Origin: Cyanidioschyzon merolae
Taxonomy: Eukaryota
Length of the DNA: 64,000 nt
Reading direction: 5' to 3' (one strand)
Assembly: GCA_000091205.1 (NCBI GenBank)
Contig: AP006497.2
Shown: positions 1 to 10,417 of the stretch, one piece after another
Position numbering within the stretch: position 1 is the stretch's first letter
How the letters are laid out: each line of letters starts with the position of its first letter
Notes under the pieces: generated by a model
What the model was told of the DNA's origin: nothing
Seen by the model: only the letters and a program-made list of their open reading frames with translations
Database searches by the model: none
Translations under genes and position numbers: made by a program

Positions 1-1014
1 GCAAGCGCTCACTGAAGAAACGCCACCGGGTAGGGCATCTATGCAGCGAACCATAATCCTCAGAGCGAAGTCTGGAGACTGGTGTGTGGAACACGGTGGA
101 TCTGGTGCGGAATGATATCTGCTTCCGTAAATGCCGATTGGAATCGAGACATTTAGGGATCCCCTATAAGATTCAAGGATCCTGCGCTACTGAAGAACAA
201 CTTGCGGGGACTCACCGAGGATCCATCGTCGTGTCCGAACGATCGCGGCGAAGGATGCAAACGCATGATCTCCCCAGTCACGCATAATGCCACGGACGGA
301 AGGTGCATAAGATATTTCGATTCCAGTTCTATTCGTGCACGCATGAGCTCCCTAGTCACGCATAATGCCACGGAGTAAAAGTACACAACGTATCTAGATT
401 CCGGTTTACTTCTTGCGCTTCTTGTTCATACTGTTGCAAGGCGAAATCGTCGGTGTTCGCAGTTATTCACGGGTATAACGCCGAAATTTGCGATACCCTG
501 ACGCTTACCGGTGGGCGGGAGCCCTCCTGTGGACACACTCGGCGATACTCGGTGCATGGGCTGTAGATCACAGGCGGACGATCGTTAAAGGTCGCTGTGA
601 TTTTAGTGTTGCCCATACCTCTACGCGTGGAAGTCATCCCCAGAGGGCGGCTCTCGAGCGCGCTGCCCTCGGTGACTCGGAGCGGCGCATGGTCTCCGCA
701 CTGGTAGCGATGATGCAGGAGCATCACTCGAGCGCAACCTGTGTACGCCCCTCTCGGGCACCAGTCTGCGTAAATCTACCAGAAAAATATTCGATCGTCT
801 CTGCCGTAGGTGTCTTGCTCGACAGTGCGGTCAGCGCGGTGCATTGGATGCGCGGAGCTGCCCCTGGGATGGTCCGCTTGGTTTCGGGTTGTGCGCGGGT
901 CTTCCAGTGACCCCTCGCGTCCACAGAAGCATCAGGCCGGTGTCACGTAGAGCGCTCCAGTTGCTGCGAGCCTGTGGATCCTGCACTAGCCGAGCACCGA
1001 CTGGGCGCTCAAGG

Positions 1015-2961
1015 TTACAGCGGGGATCGTCCAGTGTCTGTATCACGGTGGTAGTCGAAGGGCTCATTGAAAACGCATCCAACTTGACCCCGTAGATATC
1101 TCTCCATGAGATCCCTGGTTGAAGCGTTGAACTCTTCCGAAATGGGGCGGCCGAAGTAGCGGCTTTCGTTCAGCTGCTTTCGGACACGCTTTGCGAGCAC
1201 CTTTCCGAGTTCGACGCCCCACTGGTCGAATGAATTGATGTCCCAGATGAAACCCTGGACTGCCGTGCGATGCTCATAGAGCGCGAGCAACTGGCCAGTG
1301 GCGTACGGATCCAGCCTCTGCAGCAGCAGCGTCAGACTCGGCCTGTTGCCAGTCGTCACGAGATGCGGAATCAGCCATTCGGGGCGGCCCTCTGCACGAC
1401 ACTCCGCCGCTGTTTTGCCGTACGCCAGAGCATCTGGCTGGGCGAAAAAGTTCGCCATGAGCTCGTCTGCATTGCTGACCGGCTCACCCTCGATGCACAG
1501 CGGGTACTGGGACTCGATGAAGCCAATAAAATCGCAGGGTACCGTCTGCCCCATATGCAGCAGCTGGAAAAACGAGTGCTGGCCGTTGGTGCCGGGCTCT
1601 CCAAAGTCGATCTCACCGACCGCGTAGTCGACGTCGTCGCCGCGCAGCGTCACGTGCTTACCGTTGCTCTCCATGTCAACCTGCTGGATATGAGCGGGGA
1701 ACTTGAGAAGCGCCTCTGCGTAAGGATGCAGCGCCCGGCTCTTGTAGCCGAGAAAAGACAGGTTCCAGACGCCGAGAAGCCCCATGATCACCGGCAAGTT
1801 CCCCGCCAGCGGACTAGCAACGTCGTAAAAGTTCGCATCAACAGAGCGCGCGCCCTCTAGAAATCGCAGGAACGTGGGGAAGCCGTACTGAATCGAGAGC
1901 GGCAGCGCTCCGACCGCAGAGCACACGGAATACCTACCCCCGACCCAGTCCCAAAACTCAAAAGTGTTCCGCGGGTCGATCCCGAACTTCTCCACCATCG
2001 GCACGTTGCTGCTGCAGGCAACCATGTGGAGCCGCACGACCTCATCCGAGCGCCCCATTTCGGACCAGAGCCATTCGCGCATCGCCCGTGCATTCAGAAG
2101 CGTCTCCGCGGTTGTGAACGACTTGCTCACGATCACTATCAGCGTCTCCTCCGCCGACAGATCCTGCGTGCAGCGCTTGATATCCACAGGATCCACGTTG
2201 CTGAGAAAATGAAGGTGCCGCCCCCGCGCCGCCTCAAACGCCTCCGGATCCGTCCGAAACGCCTCGTGCACAAAGTCTGGCCCCAGATACGAGCCGCCAA
2301 TCCCCACAGCGATGACGCTGCGAAGCGGCTTCCCCGTGGCGCCGCGATGCTCCCCGCTGCGCACCCGCTCGCTGAACTCACGCACGTGATCGAGCACCCG
2401 CCACACGTCACGAACAACGTCCGTACCGTCGACAACAAGGCTTGCGTTCCGCTCCGCGCGAAGCGCCGTATGCAGCACGGCGCGCCGCTCGGTCACGTTT
2501 ATGTGCGCGCCGGACTGCATCGCGCGGATCTTATCCACCAAACGCGCACGACGCGCTAGCGCGAAAAGTAGCTCAATCGTATCCTTCGTCACCCGCTGCC
2601 GCGAGTAGTCGAGGTAGATCCCGTCATACTCAGCGCGCAGAGAACGCACGCGATCGACGTCCTGCATCAGCTCCCGCAGGTGCAAACGATCGATCTCAGA
2701 TGCATGCTCCACCAGCCGTCTCCACTCGGCAGTCTCCGAGATGAGGACGTAGTCGGTCGGCACCGGCAGTGGTGGCGGCGTTTCCGAAGGAAGCCGCCTC
2801 CCAACGGTGTAGCTCCCGCGAACGTCCCCCGCTGTGCAACGCGGAAACGCACGTCTCCGCAAAAGCCCAGCAGACCCGTGGTGCGGGTACAGCGCCCTGG
2901 ATCGGCGCGATCCAGCTACCCCACCCCGAAGCGGCCACCCAGGCACGACAAAGGCGCTCAT
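1015..2961 (-). CDS. PGI: Glucose-6-phosphate isomerase (PGI). The maximal ORF runs 1015..3336. The PGI-homologous domain starts at about aa 193 of that ORF, so the true start is probably an internal Met (for example codon 2959-2961), which leaves an Arg-rich presequence of about 68 aa.
   Basis: The translation carries PGI family signatures: [19 protein letters not shown], the SIS domains, and a C-terminal domain with [10 protein letters not shown]. The upstream part of the maximal ORF (3185-3336) is homologous to the 5' portion of the dispersed Fanzor-like repeat, so it is unlikely to be coding. Confidence 0.8.
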   Translation of the reverse strand: MSAFVVPGWPLRGGVAGSRRSRALYPHHGSAGLLRRRAFPRCTAGDVRGSYTVGRRLPSETPPPLPVPTDYVLISETAEWRRLVEHASEIDRLHLRELMQDVDRVRSLRAEYDGIYLDYSRQRVTKDTIELLFALARRARLVDKIRAMQSGAHINVTERRAVLHTALRAERNASLVVDGTDVVRDVWRVLDHVREFSERVRSGEHRGATGKPLRSVIAVGIGGSYLGPDFVHEAFRTDPEAFEAARGRHLHFLSNVDPVDIKRCTQDLSAEETLIVIVSKSFTTAETLLNARAMREWLWSEMGRSDEVVRLHMVACSSNVPMVEKFGIDPRNTFEFWDWVGGRYSVCSAVGALPLSIQYGFPTFLRFLEGARSVDANFYDVASPLAGNLPVIMGLLGVWNLSFLGYKSRALHPYAEALLKFPAHIQQVDMESNGKHVTLRGDDVDYAVGEIDFGEPGTNGQHSFFQLLHMGQTVPCDFIGFIESQYPLCIEGEPVSNADELMANFFAQPDALAYGKTAAECRAEGRPEWLIPHLVTTGNRPSLTLLLQRLDPYATGQLLALYEHRTAVQGFIWDINSFDQWGVELGKVLAKRVRKQLNESRYFGRPISEEFNASTRDLMERYLRGQVGCVFNEPFDYHRDTDTGRSPL

Positions 2962-3159
2962 CAGGCGAACACTCTCCCAGCAAGCAAAGACCAGGTGCAC
3001 ACTATTGCGCACTGCACCGCGCAGCGAGCTTTCAACTGGCGTCCGCTTCTTGGGCGATTCGCCTCCGGCACGCGCGGCAGGCGGGTGCAGCTGCGAGGGC
3101 GCGGCCAACGGATCAGCGACTCGTTGATAGACTTTCACCTGAATTGCGTTCCATACGCA

Positions 3160-3720
3160 GGTGCGTGCCATCAACTGCTCTTTCGCCGCTGATGAGAGAC
3201 GCGTTCCGCGTGCGTGCCTTAGCAGAAATAAAAAATCTAGGGGAAGGTATGGGCATGGAAGTCGGAGATCAAAGGCGGTCGCCATGGCCGGCTTCTTGAG
3301 GGAAAGGACGAAAGAAATCCTGGTCTCGCCGACCATGGAGCGAAGAAGCGCAAGTGACGAAGAAGAAGAGAGGCACAGGGGCGGCAGGCGAGAAGAGGGG
3401 TTCGCCCGATGAGACTGCGACGAGACTGTACTGGGAGAGGGGGCACGAGATCGAGGAACTCTCGCAATATCGAGTTCATGCAGAGGAAATATAGAGATGG
3501 AGTTCGTGACCTGGGACCTCTATGCCGCCATCAATATCAGGGAATGTGCGGTTCTGGAGACGAGGCCCGCAGAGCCGACGCGATCCAGCATTGTGGGGCA
3601 GCCCCTGAGGCTTGAAGTGCACAAGGCGAAGCTGCAGCCGATGGCAGGGGCTGGTCAGGAACTGCTGGGAGGCGTCTGGGACTGGATATATATTTACCTA
3701 CCATGGTTGTGGAACATTTT
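3160..3720 (+). mobile_element. Truncated, internally deleted copy of the TnpB/Fanzor-like repeat family. It retains the 5' leader, the RuvC-III 'AAINI' segment and the 3' tail.
   Basis: Nucleotides 3185-3270 align with 51330-51440 and 63100-63180, including the shared TATGGGCATGGAAGTCGGAGATC leader. ORF 3497..3757 reads [36 protein letters not shown], which matches the NAAINIRRCAVLETRP... tails at 53361, 63441 and 38391. The terminal GGGAGGCGTCTG lies at 3667-3679. This copy has no transposase part. Confidence 0.55.
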
Positions 3721-4500
3721 TTTGTTTCGCTTATCTTACACAGTGCGAATTCCGTGATTAGAATTGGGATTCCTGGGCTGCGCAATAGCGGCCGAGGTTC
3801 TGGGGAGTGCCCACAGTTGCGCTCCGCGTATGGGTATGTTCCGCAAAACGGCTGATGCCATTCTTGCCGTTGAAATTTAGGGTTTGGTTAATTCCAACGG
3901 CGTCTTATTTCTGAGTGCCGAACGCGACGATTGCGCTCCCTGTGGCGCTGGGTACGCCATTTTCGCATCGGAGCTGTGCTCTACGATGCTTTGCGAGCAA
4001 ATGGACCTTGGCGGGACCCATATTCATAAACTTCGAATACTTTATATTCTGCACGCGAGTTCCTGATGGTTTTATCTGTTGGCGCGCGATTTGAGTTACG
4101 CGTTCCCAGGCTACTCGCTTGGCTCTAATTTCCGAAAAGACCTGGAATAGCTTTCGTTCATGAGAGACCCAAGCTTCTAGATTAGATCCTCTTTTCCTTT
4201 GACGAGAGCGTCGCTTGCAGTGTTTGAATCTTAGGGGACATATTCTGGTGCACGATGCTGTAGCTTCTGAACTCCCCGCCCCGAGCGCGGGCAATCGCCA
4301 TGACAGCAGATCACAGAACTTCGGAACCTAACAAGTTTTAATCTCTTTCTACTCATTCTTAACCAACGCGTCAGAGGTTTGAAGGCCTGCAGCAGCGAGA
4401 ATTTCTGGTGACGGGGCGCCCCGTTGTCTGAACACAAATGTCCCGCTACGTCCAAGATTTCACGCTCAATGGCTTTGTATGTGTTTCGTCGTGCATGGTA

Positions 4501-4538
4501 GGTGCCTTCCACGAGGTGCCTTCCACGAGGTGCCTCCG
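4501..4538. repeat. Short tandem duplication, 15-nt unit GGTGCCTTCCACGAG repeated about 2.5 times.
   Basis: Seen directly in the sequence: GGTGCCTTCCACGAG GGTGCCTTCCACGAG GTGCCTCC. Confidence 0.6.
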
Positions 4539-4897
4539 CAAACTCGAACATTATTCCATATTCATGGAGGAGAAGCGTCCAGGCAACCTCTCTTCTTTCC
4601 ATAAGCTCATAAATTCCGCCACCCTTCGGCGGTTGTCTATCCTTCTGATCAAACTGCAGAACTAGCTTGCGGACCACATATCCGTTTTCCTAATGTCTAT
4701 TTGAGGCTCAGACAAATATTCCGAAAACGCTTGAAAAGCATTCTCTGTGATGAGTGTTACGTACACAATTTCGCGCAGAGGGCTCTCTCATGCAGACGCT
4801 GCCGATCGTTGGAATCATTGCGATTACCTCCTCAAGAAGTTTTTTCCTCTGTTGCTCTATTGAATCGGGAGCGTGAGCTTAGAGTTCGAACAGAGAT

Positions 4898-6922
4898 ATG
4901 ATCTGGGTCGTGGGAGCAGGTTTACTTGCAATATTCGCAGGAAGAAGCCTCTCGAGAAGGGGAAGGGAAAAAGATGATATCGCTCTGAGTACCGAGGAGC
5001 TTCACAAAGCGCCTCCGGCAGTTTTCCTCGAGTGGGGGGACGTGCGAGTGAAAGTTAAAGACAAGCGGCATCCTGCTGGACGCCTCATCTTATCCCATGC
5101 AAGAGGGGTTGCTCGACCAGGTCGAATTCTCGCAATAATGGGTGCTTCAGGTAGTGGCAAGTCCACGCTGTTGCGGGTACTGGCGGGCCGGCTCCCCAAC
5201 TCTGGTGCTTATTCCGTTCAAGGTTACTTGCGGATTCGCATTCGACAAGCCTCTCAGGCAAGGGAGCTCGTGGGGAATACTTCGAACACGGGAAATAGCG
5301 GCAGCACTCAAGCTCCTTTTCGGACTGCGTTTATCGAGCAGGAGGAAAGTTTCTTCTCGCAACTGACAGCTCGCGAGACGCTCGAATTTTATGCGGAGCT
5401 CTTGCTGCCCCGACGACTCAGCAAGAGCGCACGCCAAGCTTTTGTGGAGAATCTTATTTCTGAGCTTGGTCTCGGGCGCTGTGCTGAAACACGTATTGGT
5501 GATGCTCGGAATCCTGGTTTGTCTGGAGGCGAGCGGAAGCGCCTCGCCATCGGCTGTGAGCTTTTTGGTAGCCCGAGTCTCATTTTTGCGGATGAACCTA
5601 CAACGGGCTTAGATGCGAGTCAGGCGCTAAAAGTGATGGAGGTGTTTCGAAGACTTGCCGATGAAAGCCGGACTGTGATTGTGACCTTGCACCAGCCGAG
5701 GAGCAGCATTCTCGATCTCATTGATGATCTCATAATCCTCTGCGATGGTGAGATCGTATATGCTGGTGAGTACAGATTGGCTGCAGAGCACTTTGAACAA
5801 GTTCTTGGCCAACAGCGGCCTGCCGAGTCATCCGTGGCTGAGTGGCTTATAGATGAGGTTTCACCAGACCAGCTTCAACCTGAGCACTCACGTCGAAAAG
5901 TGTCGAAACTTATCGCAGCGGTTCCGATACATCTTTCGATCCCGTCTAATGAACTGGAAGGAACGAAAGCAGTTTCCGAGAGAGCTTTAAAGGTAAGGCT
6001 GCGGCCTGTGGTTCCGCTTCGGACACAAGCCCGGTTGCTGTTGCAGCGCGCCTGGCGACAGGTTTCGAGGGACTGGAAAACAAATTTGGCACGCTTGGGG
6101 TCAACAATTTTCTCAGCGCTTCTTTTCGGATCGATCTATTATCGCCTCGGTCTCAGCCAAGCCGCAGCTCAAGACAGGCTTGGTCTCTTGCAGGTTTCTA
6201 CCATCAATACAGCCATGTCTGCGTTGGTTAAGACATTGTATATTTTCACAGAGGAGCGTTCGATTGCATCGAAGGAGCGCGCGAGGGGAATGTATGATCT
6301 CTCTGTATACATAGCGACGAAGCTGTTGGCAGAAGCTCCCATAGCCGCGGCCTTTCCTGTGCTGTTTGGAATTTTGACGCACCGTCTCTGTGGTTTGCGA
6401 GCCACCCAGGGACGTTTAGGTCGATTCCTTGGCATGCTCACGCTCGAGTCATTCGCCAGCGCGGCCTTCGGGCTCTGCGTTGGCGCTATTGCACCCACAA
6501 CTCAGGCTGCAGTTGCAATTGGACCGGCACTGATGGTTATTTTCATCGTTTTCGGTGGCTTTTTTGTAACAAACCCCCCCTCGTGGGCGCGCTCTATTCC
6601 CGAGATCAGTCTTATTCGATGGGCGTTTCAGGGTCTCGCAGTGAATGAGCTTCGTGGACTCCGTCTGCAGAAGTCAAACACTGTTGGAGAGGCAGATACC
6701 GGTGATGCAATCCTGGCTCGAATGCAGATGAATAACGTCTCTCTAAGCAAAGCGTTCCGGCGGGAGAGCCAAATTCTCTTGGGGTTGTACGCGTTGACGC
6801 TCTCCATGCTGATGCTGCGGGAGAAGTTTGCATCAGAGAGCAAGCAGCTGTTACGTATTCAGATATCGAGTCCCGTGGATCAATTTATATCTGAGAGCGG
6901 CCCTTCAGACACTCGGAATTGA
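4898..6922 (+). CDS. ABC transporter, ABCG (White/half-transporter) type, with an N-terminal nucleotide-binding domain and a C-terminal ABC-2 membrane domain.
   Basis: Walker A is GASGSGKSTLLRVLAGR, the ABC signature is LSGGERKRLAIGCEL, and Walker B is LIFADEPTTGLD. An H-loop (LHQPRSS) and six predicted TM segments lie in the last 300 aa. The NBD-then-TMD order is typical of ABCG. Confidence 0.85.
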   Translation: MIWVVGAGLLAIFAGRSLSRRGREKDDIALSTEELHKAPPAVFLEWGDVRVKVKDKRHPAGRLILSHARGVARPGRILAIMGASGSGKSTLLRVLAGRLPNSGAYSVQGYLRIRIRQASQARELVGNTSNTGNSGSTQAPFRTAFIEQEESFFSQLTARETLEFYAELLLPRRLSKSARQAFVENLISELGLGRCAETRIGDARNPGLSGGERKRLAIGCELFGSPSLIFADEPTTGLDASQALKVMEVFRRLADESRTVIVTLHQPRSSILDLIDDLIILCDGEIVYAGEYRLAAEHFEQVLGQQRPAESSVAEWLIDEVSPDQLQPEHSRRKVSKLIAAVPIHLSIPSNELEGTKAVSERALKVRLRPVVPLRTQARLLLQRAWRQVSRDWKTNLARLGSTIFSALLFGSIYYRLGLSQAAAQDRLGLLQVSTINTAMSALVKTLYIFTEERSIASKERARGMYDLSVYIATKLLAEAPIAAAFPVLFGILTHRLCGLRATQGRLGRFLGMLTLESFASAAFGLCVGAIAPTTQAAVAIGPALMVIFIVFGGFFVTNPPSWARSIPEISLIRWAFQGLAVNELRGLRLQKSNTVGEADTGDAILARMQMNNVSLSKAFRRESQILLGLYALTLSMLMLREKFASESKQLLRIQISSPVDQFISESGPSDTRN

Positions 6923-7419
6923 CAAGTCCTCTGGAATACACTTATCCAGATCGCATACAATCGGAATCAGCTGATCACTGGCGGACTGTTTTGGAAACGA
7001 TTGTTTCTATTTCGCTCCAAATGGACGCGCTTGAAGAATCCGACCAAATCGGTTGCATCAATGTAATCACCAAATGCTTGTGGAACGGAGAAGCAACTGA
7101 AAGGGAGCTGAGATTTCTGACTGGTAACCAGCGATATTGGTGCGACAGGCGGAATCCAGGTTATTTCACCCAACCACAAAAACATAAACAGATTCTTGCT
7201 CTGTGTGAGCGACCTTCACCCGATCCCACTGTGCGGCTTTTGCCGAGCTTCAACGAGATTCCTGCATTCTAGATGGTGACTGTTGGACGTGAGCAACGGA
7301 ATAGAGACTTCAAACTCCAGCGACAGTGGTCACGAGCGTGGTGCTCCGGAAGCGAAAGGTCCATGTGATGCTGGAATTTTTCATGGCCTTTGATCCAAAA
7401 CACATGTCAGTAAACGGAA

Positions 7420-8900
7420 AAGTTTCGCTATCAAGGAGTGCGTGCATATGCCGACGCGCAGAAGCCTCCCAGCCTTTTTGCCCGACACTCTGCAAATGGC
7501 TTCAGTTTCACCACAGACACTTCGAGCCTGAGACGCTGTCCCACAAAGTTTGCTGTCGTCTGCTCCTCGAGTCTCGTCTTCAGCATCGCATACCGTCCGA
7601 TGTTGAAGGCGAGGATGAGGTCTCGGTTCATGAACTCCTTGCGTTTATTGCCTCTTGTGGAGCTCAACTTTGTAGGGATTCCTAGAGACGACGCCCTTGG
7701 TGCCACTGCAGTTTTGTTATCGTCCCGTTGGGCAAACACTTTTTTCTCGCCTATCTCCCTTCATCATCTTCTGCTCCTTCGTCACTTGCTCTTCTCCGTT
7801 CGATGGTCGGCGAGAAGAGGAATTTTTCGTTCTTTTTGCCCTACTCGGGGATTATGGCTTCTCAGGATCCTCTACTTACGTTTCCGTCACTTTCCCTAGG
7901 ATTTTTCATTTCGTCAAATGAACGCAGTTGTCTATGCCCTTGGGTTGGTACATTCCCCGAGCGAGAAGGACTTGAGGAGGATGGACGACTTGTGTCCAGG
8001 CGGCACCGTTTGGTAAGAGCGTCACCGATTGGTCTTTGAGCGATCATTATTTGTCACGATAGAAAGCACTGATTTGATGGGGTTGAACCTCGAAGCGGAC
8101 AGAGGGATCAAAAGCTGCTCTAGCCCGATATAATCGACATAAGCTCGTACGCAAGATGGAATGCGAAGTGTCACGTGGTTCAATAGAGAAACGTCTGCAG
8201 ACGTGAGGAAAAGTCTTCAGTGATTCGGCAAAGTGGGTTCTGTTGTATGAGTCCTCTGAACGAGCGAAACTGAGGCCGCCATTTGGATCCACTTCATCTA
8301 GAGAAGAATACGATATCGTTGTTCTCTGCGCATCCGATTGTACATATACCGGGCTGCCTACTCCGCGAATACGCATATATGCTCCGACAGTTTCATCCGG
8401 AGAAATTCTCTTCGACTGAAGAAACAAACCGACGTCCTCATACCTCATTCCGATCGCAAAGTTCCAGAAACGCTGAAGTCGCGATTCGCTGGAAGGTGGC
8501 CGTGCTTGAACCAGAACTGTTATCTTCTTGGCTGTATTCCAGTGTTCTCAGGACAAGAAAAACACGCTGATGAGACAAAATGACGTCCGTGGCGGATACT
8601 ATCGTCGCTTCTGCTTTTCCTAAAGTGATCAACGGGTTGTTCTGTAGCATAGACCGCAACTGCACTTTGAGAGCATGGCGTTTTCGCGCAGAACGAATGC
8701 ATGCTTTTTTCAGTGCTCCTCACCCATCTGAGTACTGCAATATGACTGATCTGACGGAGAAATGCAGCCTTAGTTGCAATATTCAGGAAAAAATATCCTA
8801 CGGGCAATTCGTCTTCGATCTATAGGGTTATATCGCATCGTAATCTCGATCTCCTGCGATACACCACAGCGGGGTCGAACAAAACTGAGTTGAAAGACAA
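7420..8900 (-). mobile_element. Decayed composite copy on the minus strand: a mariner/Tc1-like transposase pseudogene (HTH plus DDE-type fragments) followed by an internally deleted TnpB/Fanzor-like 3' module.
   Basis: ORF 8438..8665(-) reads PLITLGKAEATIVSATDVILSHQRVFLVLRTLEYSQED, which aligns with the HTH region at 37442 (PLDHIFLKAKAMIVARMGVSVSQQLVRLALKTLGYTREKD). ORF 8047..8448(-) reads DETVGAYMRIRGVGSP...SLKTFP, which aligns with the DDE core at 62600-62830. ORF 7431..7739(-) reads LILAFNIGRYAMLKTRLEEQTTANFVGQRLRLEV..KLKPFAECRAKRLGG, a degenerate NAAINI tail. The reverse complement of 7460-7476 gives the terminal GGCTGGGAGGCTTCTGC. Confidence 0.55.
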
Positions 8901-10417
8901 TAATAAAACAGTGATCGTATCAGATCAACATGGAATGCAGAACTCATTGCTCTGTTCCTGCCTTACCATTCTCTTCCGAACATTTGTTTGTATGTTAACC
9001 CTCGACATTCCAAGTGTATCGATCAAGGCTTCCGCATTCGCGAACAGTTTCAGGATCCTAAGTCGCCTCCTCGGAGTGGCTCCAACGCTTTCGCGCTGAT
9101 ACTCGTTACCTCAACTGATTCAAAATGATTCGAGGCGCATTCTAAAACTGGTTCTTCATATAAGCCACACTATTATCCATCTCATAAGAACAAACATGTA
9201 GTCTTCGCTTTTCTGTATGAGAAAGACGCTCAAATCAGGGATTCCTAAAATTTTCGATCGCTCCACTTCAAGGCAACTGTCGGGCTTTGCAATGCGCTTC
9301 GCAAAATTGACGAGGAAAATAATTCGACATCATTCTTTGACGACTTTTTCATAAGCTCATGCCAAAGGCTCACAGAAATATGCACATCAAGTAACCGATT
9401 CCGTCCAACGGCAAATTATCCGCTCTTTGTTACCACCCACGAGAAGGAACTCGACACTGGTACGGCACCTCTCGTGGGATATGCTCTCAGAGGCTACCGT
9501 CTGTTGAGTTTACTTGGAAATGGTTCTTGGACTCTGAAGTGAAGAATCGCAGCGATTTCTTCCAGTGGAGTGGTCGTCATCTTTTTGCTCGAACGGAGCC
9601 TAGACGGATCGAAACATCTCGACTTTTTCTGTAACTTGGATATTCCTTTTGGTACTTGTTTAGACAAGGACAATTTCTAGCTCCACAAATCCTCTTTCGA
9701 GTGGACGGCGTTCACATCAGTATACATGGAACAACGCACTCGCCGAAGGGAGTCGCCCAGAAGAAGCCCGTGATCGTAGTGCACGGCGGCGAAGGCGAAA
9801 ACGGTATGGGACACCAAGTGCAGTCTTCTGTGCCAATTACAAGCATGCACTGTGTAATGAAAGAAGCCCTAGAGCGCCACAAGGCGCCTACTGTCCCCGA
9901 GGCGGAGTGGTGGACAGTTTTGAAAACCCGATAACATTCAAGAGTTATCCCTAACAGGGTCGCATGAACACTGTACGCGAAATGGACGAAAATGGCAAGC
10001 GAAGCGTGAATCGCTTGCTCTAGCTGTTTATGAAATGCGTCGACAACATCTTGGAGCGGTGAGATCGCGATATGAACGTGGTCATCAACATCCATCTACT
10101 CATGGCGAGGGCGCTGGAAGGAAAGGAGATACTGGCGCGTTTCAGACTGGATGTATGAGATAGAAAAAGAAACCAGTGGCTCTAAAGGCCTAAAATGACT
10201 TTTGTTGATTAGGATGGGACGTGGAACAGACTTAAGAGTGTGCGCCTACGTTAGAGAATATGTTTCGTTTCATTCTGGAAAGCGTCTAGTTCGAAATCCA
10301 CTCAAATCGTCAATTCGGTATCCAATTTGACCGCCTCAGTAACGCTGGCTACGCCGCGGCGCTGTGTAGAGATTCAACTTTGTTTCGATACTGTCGCTTG
10401 AAACGCTCACGAGAAAG

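Noticed and set aside
261-376. 37-nt direct repeat (ACGCATGA[T/G]CTCC[C/T]CAGTCACGCATAATGCCACGGA) at 261-297 and 340-376
   Set aside because: It is real in the sequence, but it sits at the window edge with no context. A local duplication like this is too short to interpret.
1270-3192. Numerous ORFs of 100-200 aa overlapping the PGI gene on either strand (for example 1270..1860, 2026..2559, 2680..3192, 2769..3299)
   Set aside because: They lie inside a strongly supported conserved CDS and lack homology. They are typical antisense or alternate-frame open frames in GC-rich coding DNA. Similar artefacts overlap the MutS, MCM, EF-G and SHMT genes.
4231-4677. 148-aa minus-strand ORF (MVRKLVLQFDQKDRQPPKGGGIYELMERREV...) just upstream of the ABC transporter
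   Set aside because: It has no convincing family signature. It overlaps a 15-nt tandem duplication and a plus-strand ORF. I cannot support it as a gene without external evidence.
10260-10300. tRNA-like T-arm string AGTTCGAAATCCACT
   Set aside because: No matching acceptor, D or anticodon stems could be folded from the flanking 70 nt. It is likely a chance occurrence of the TTCGAA core.
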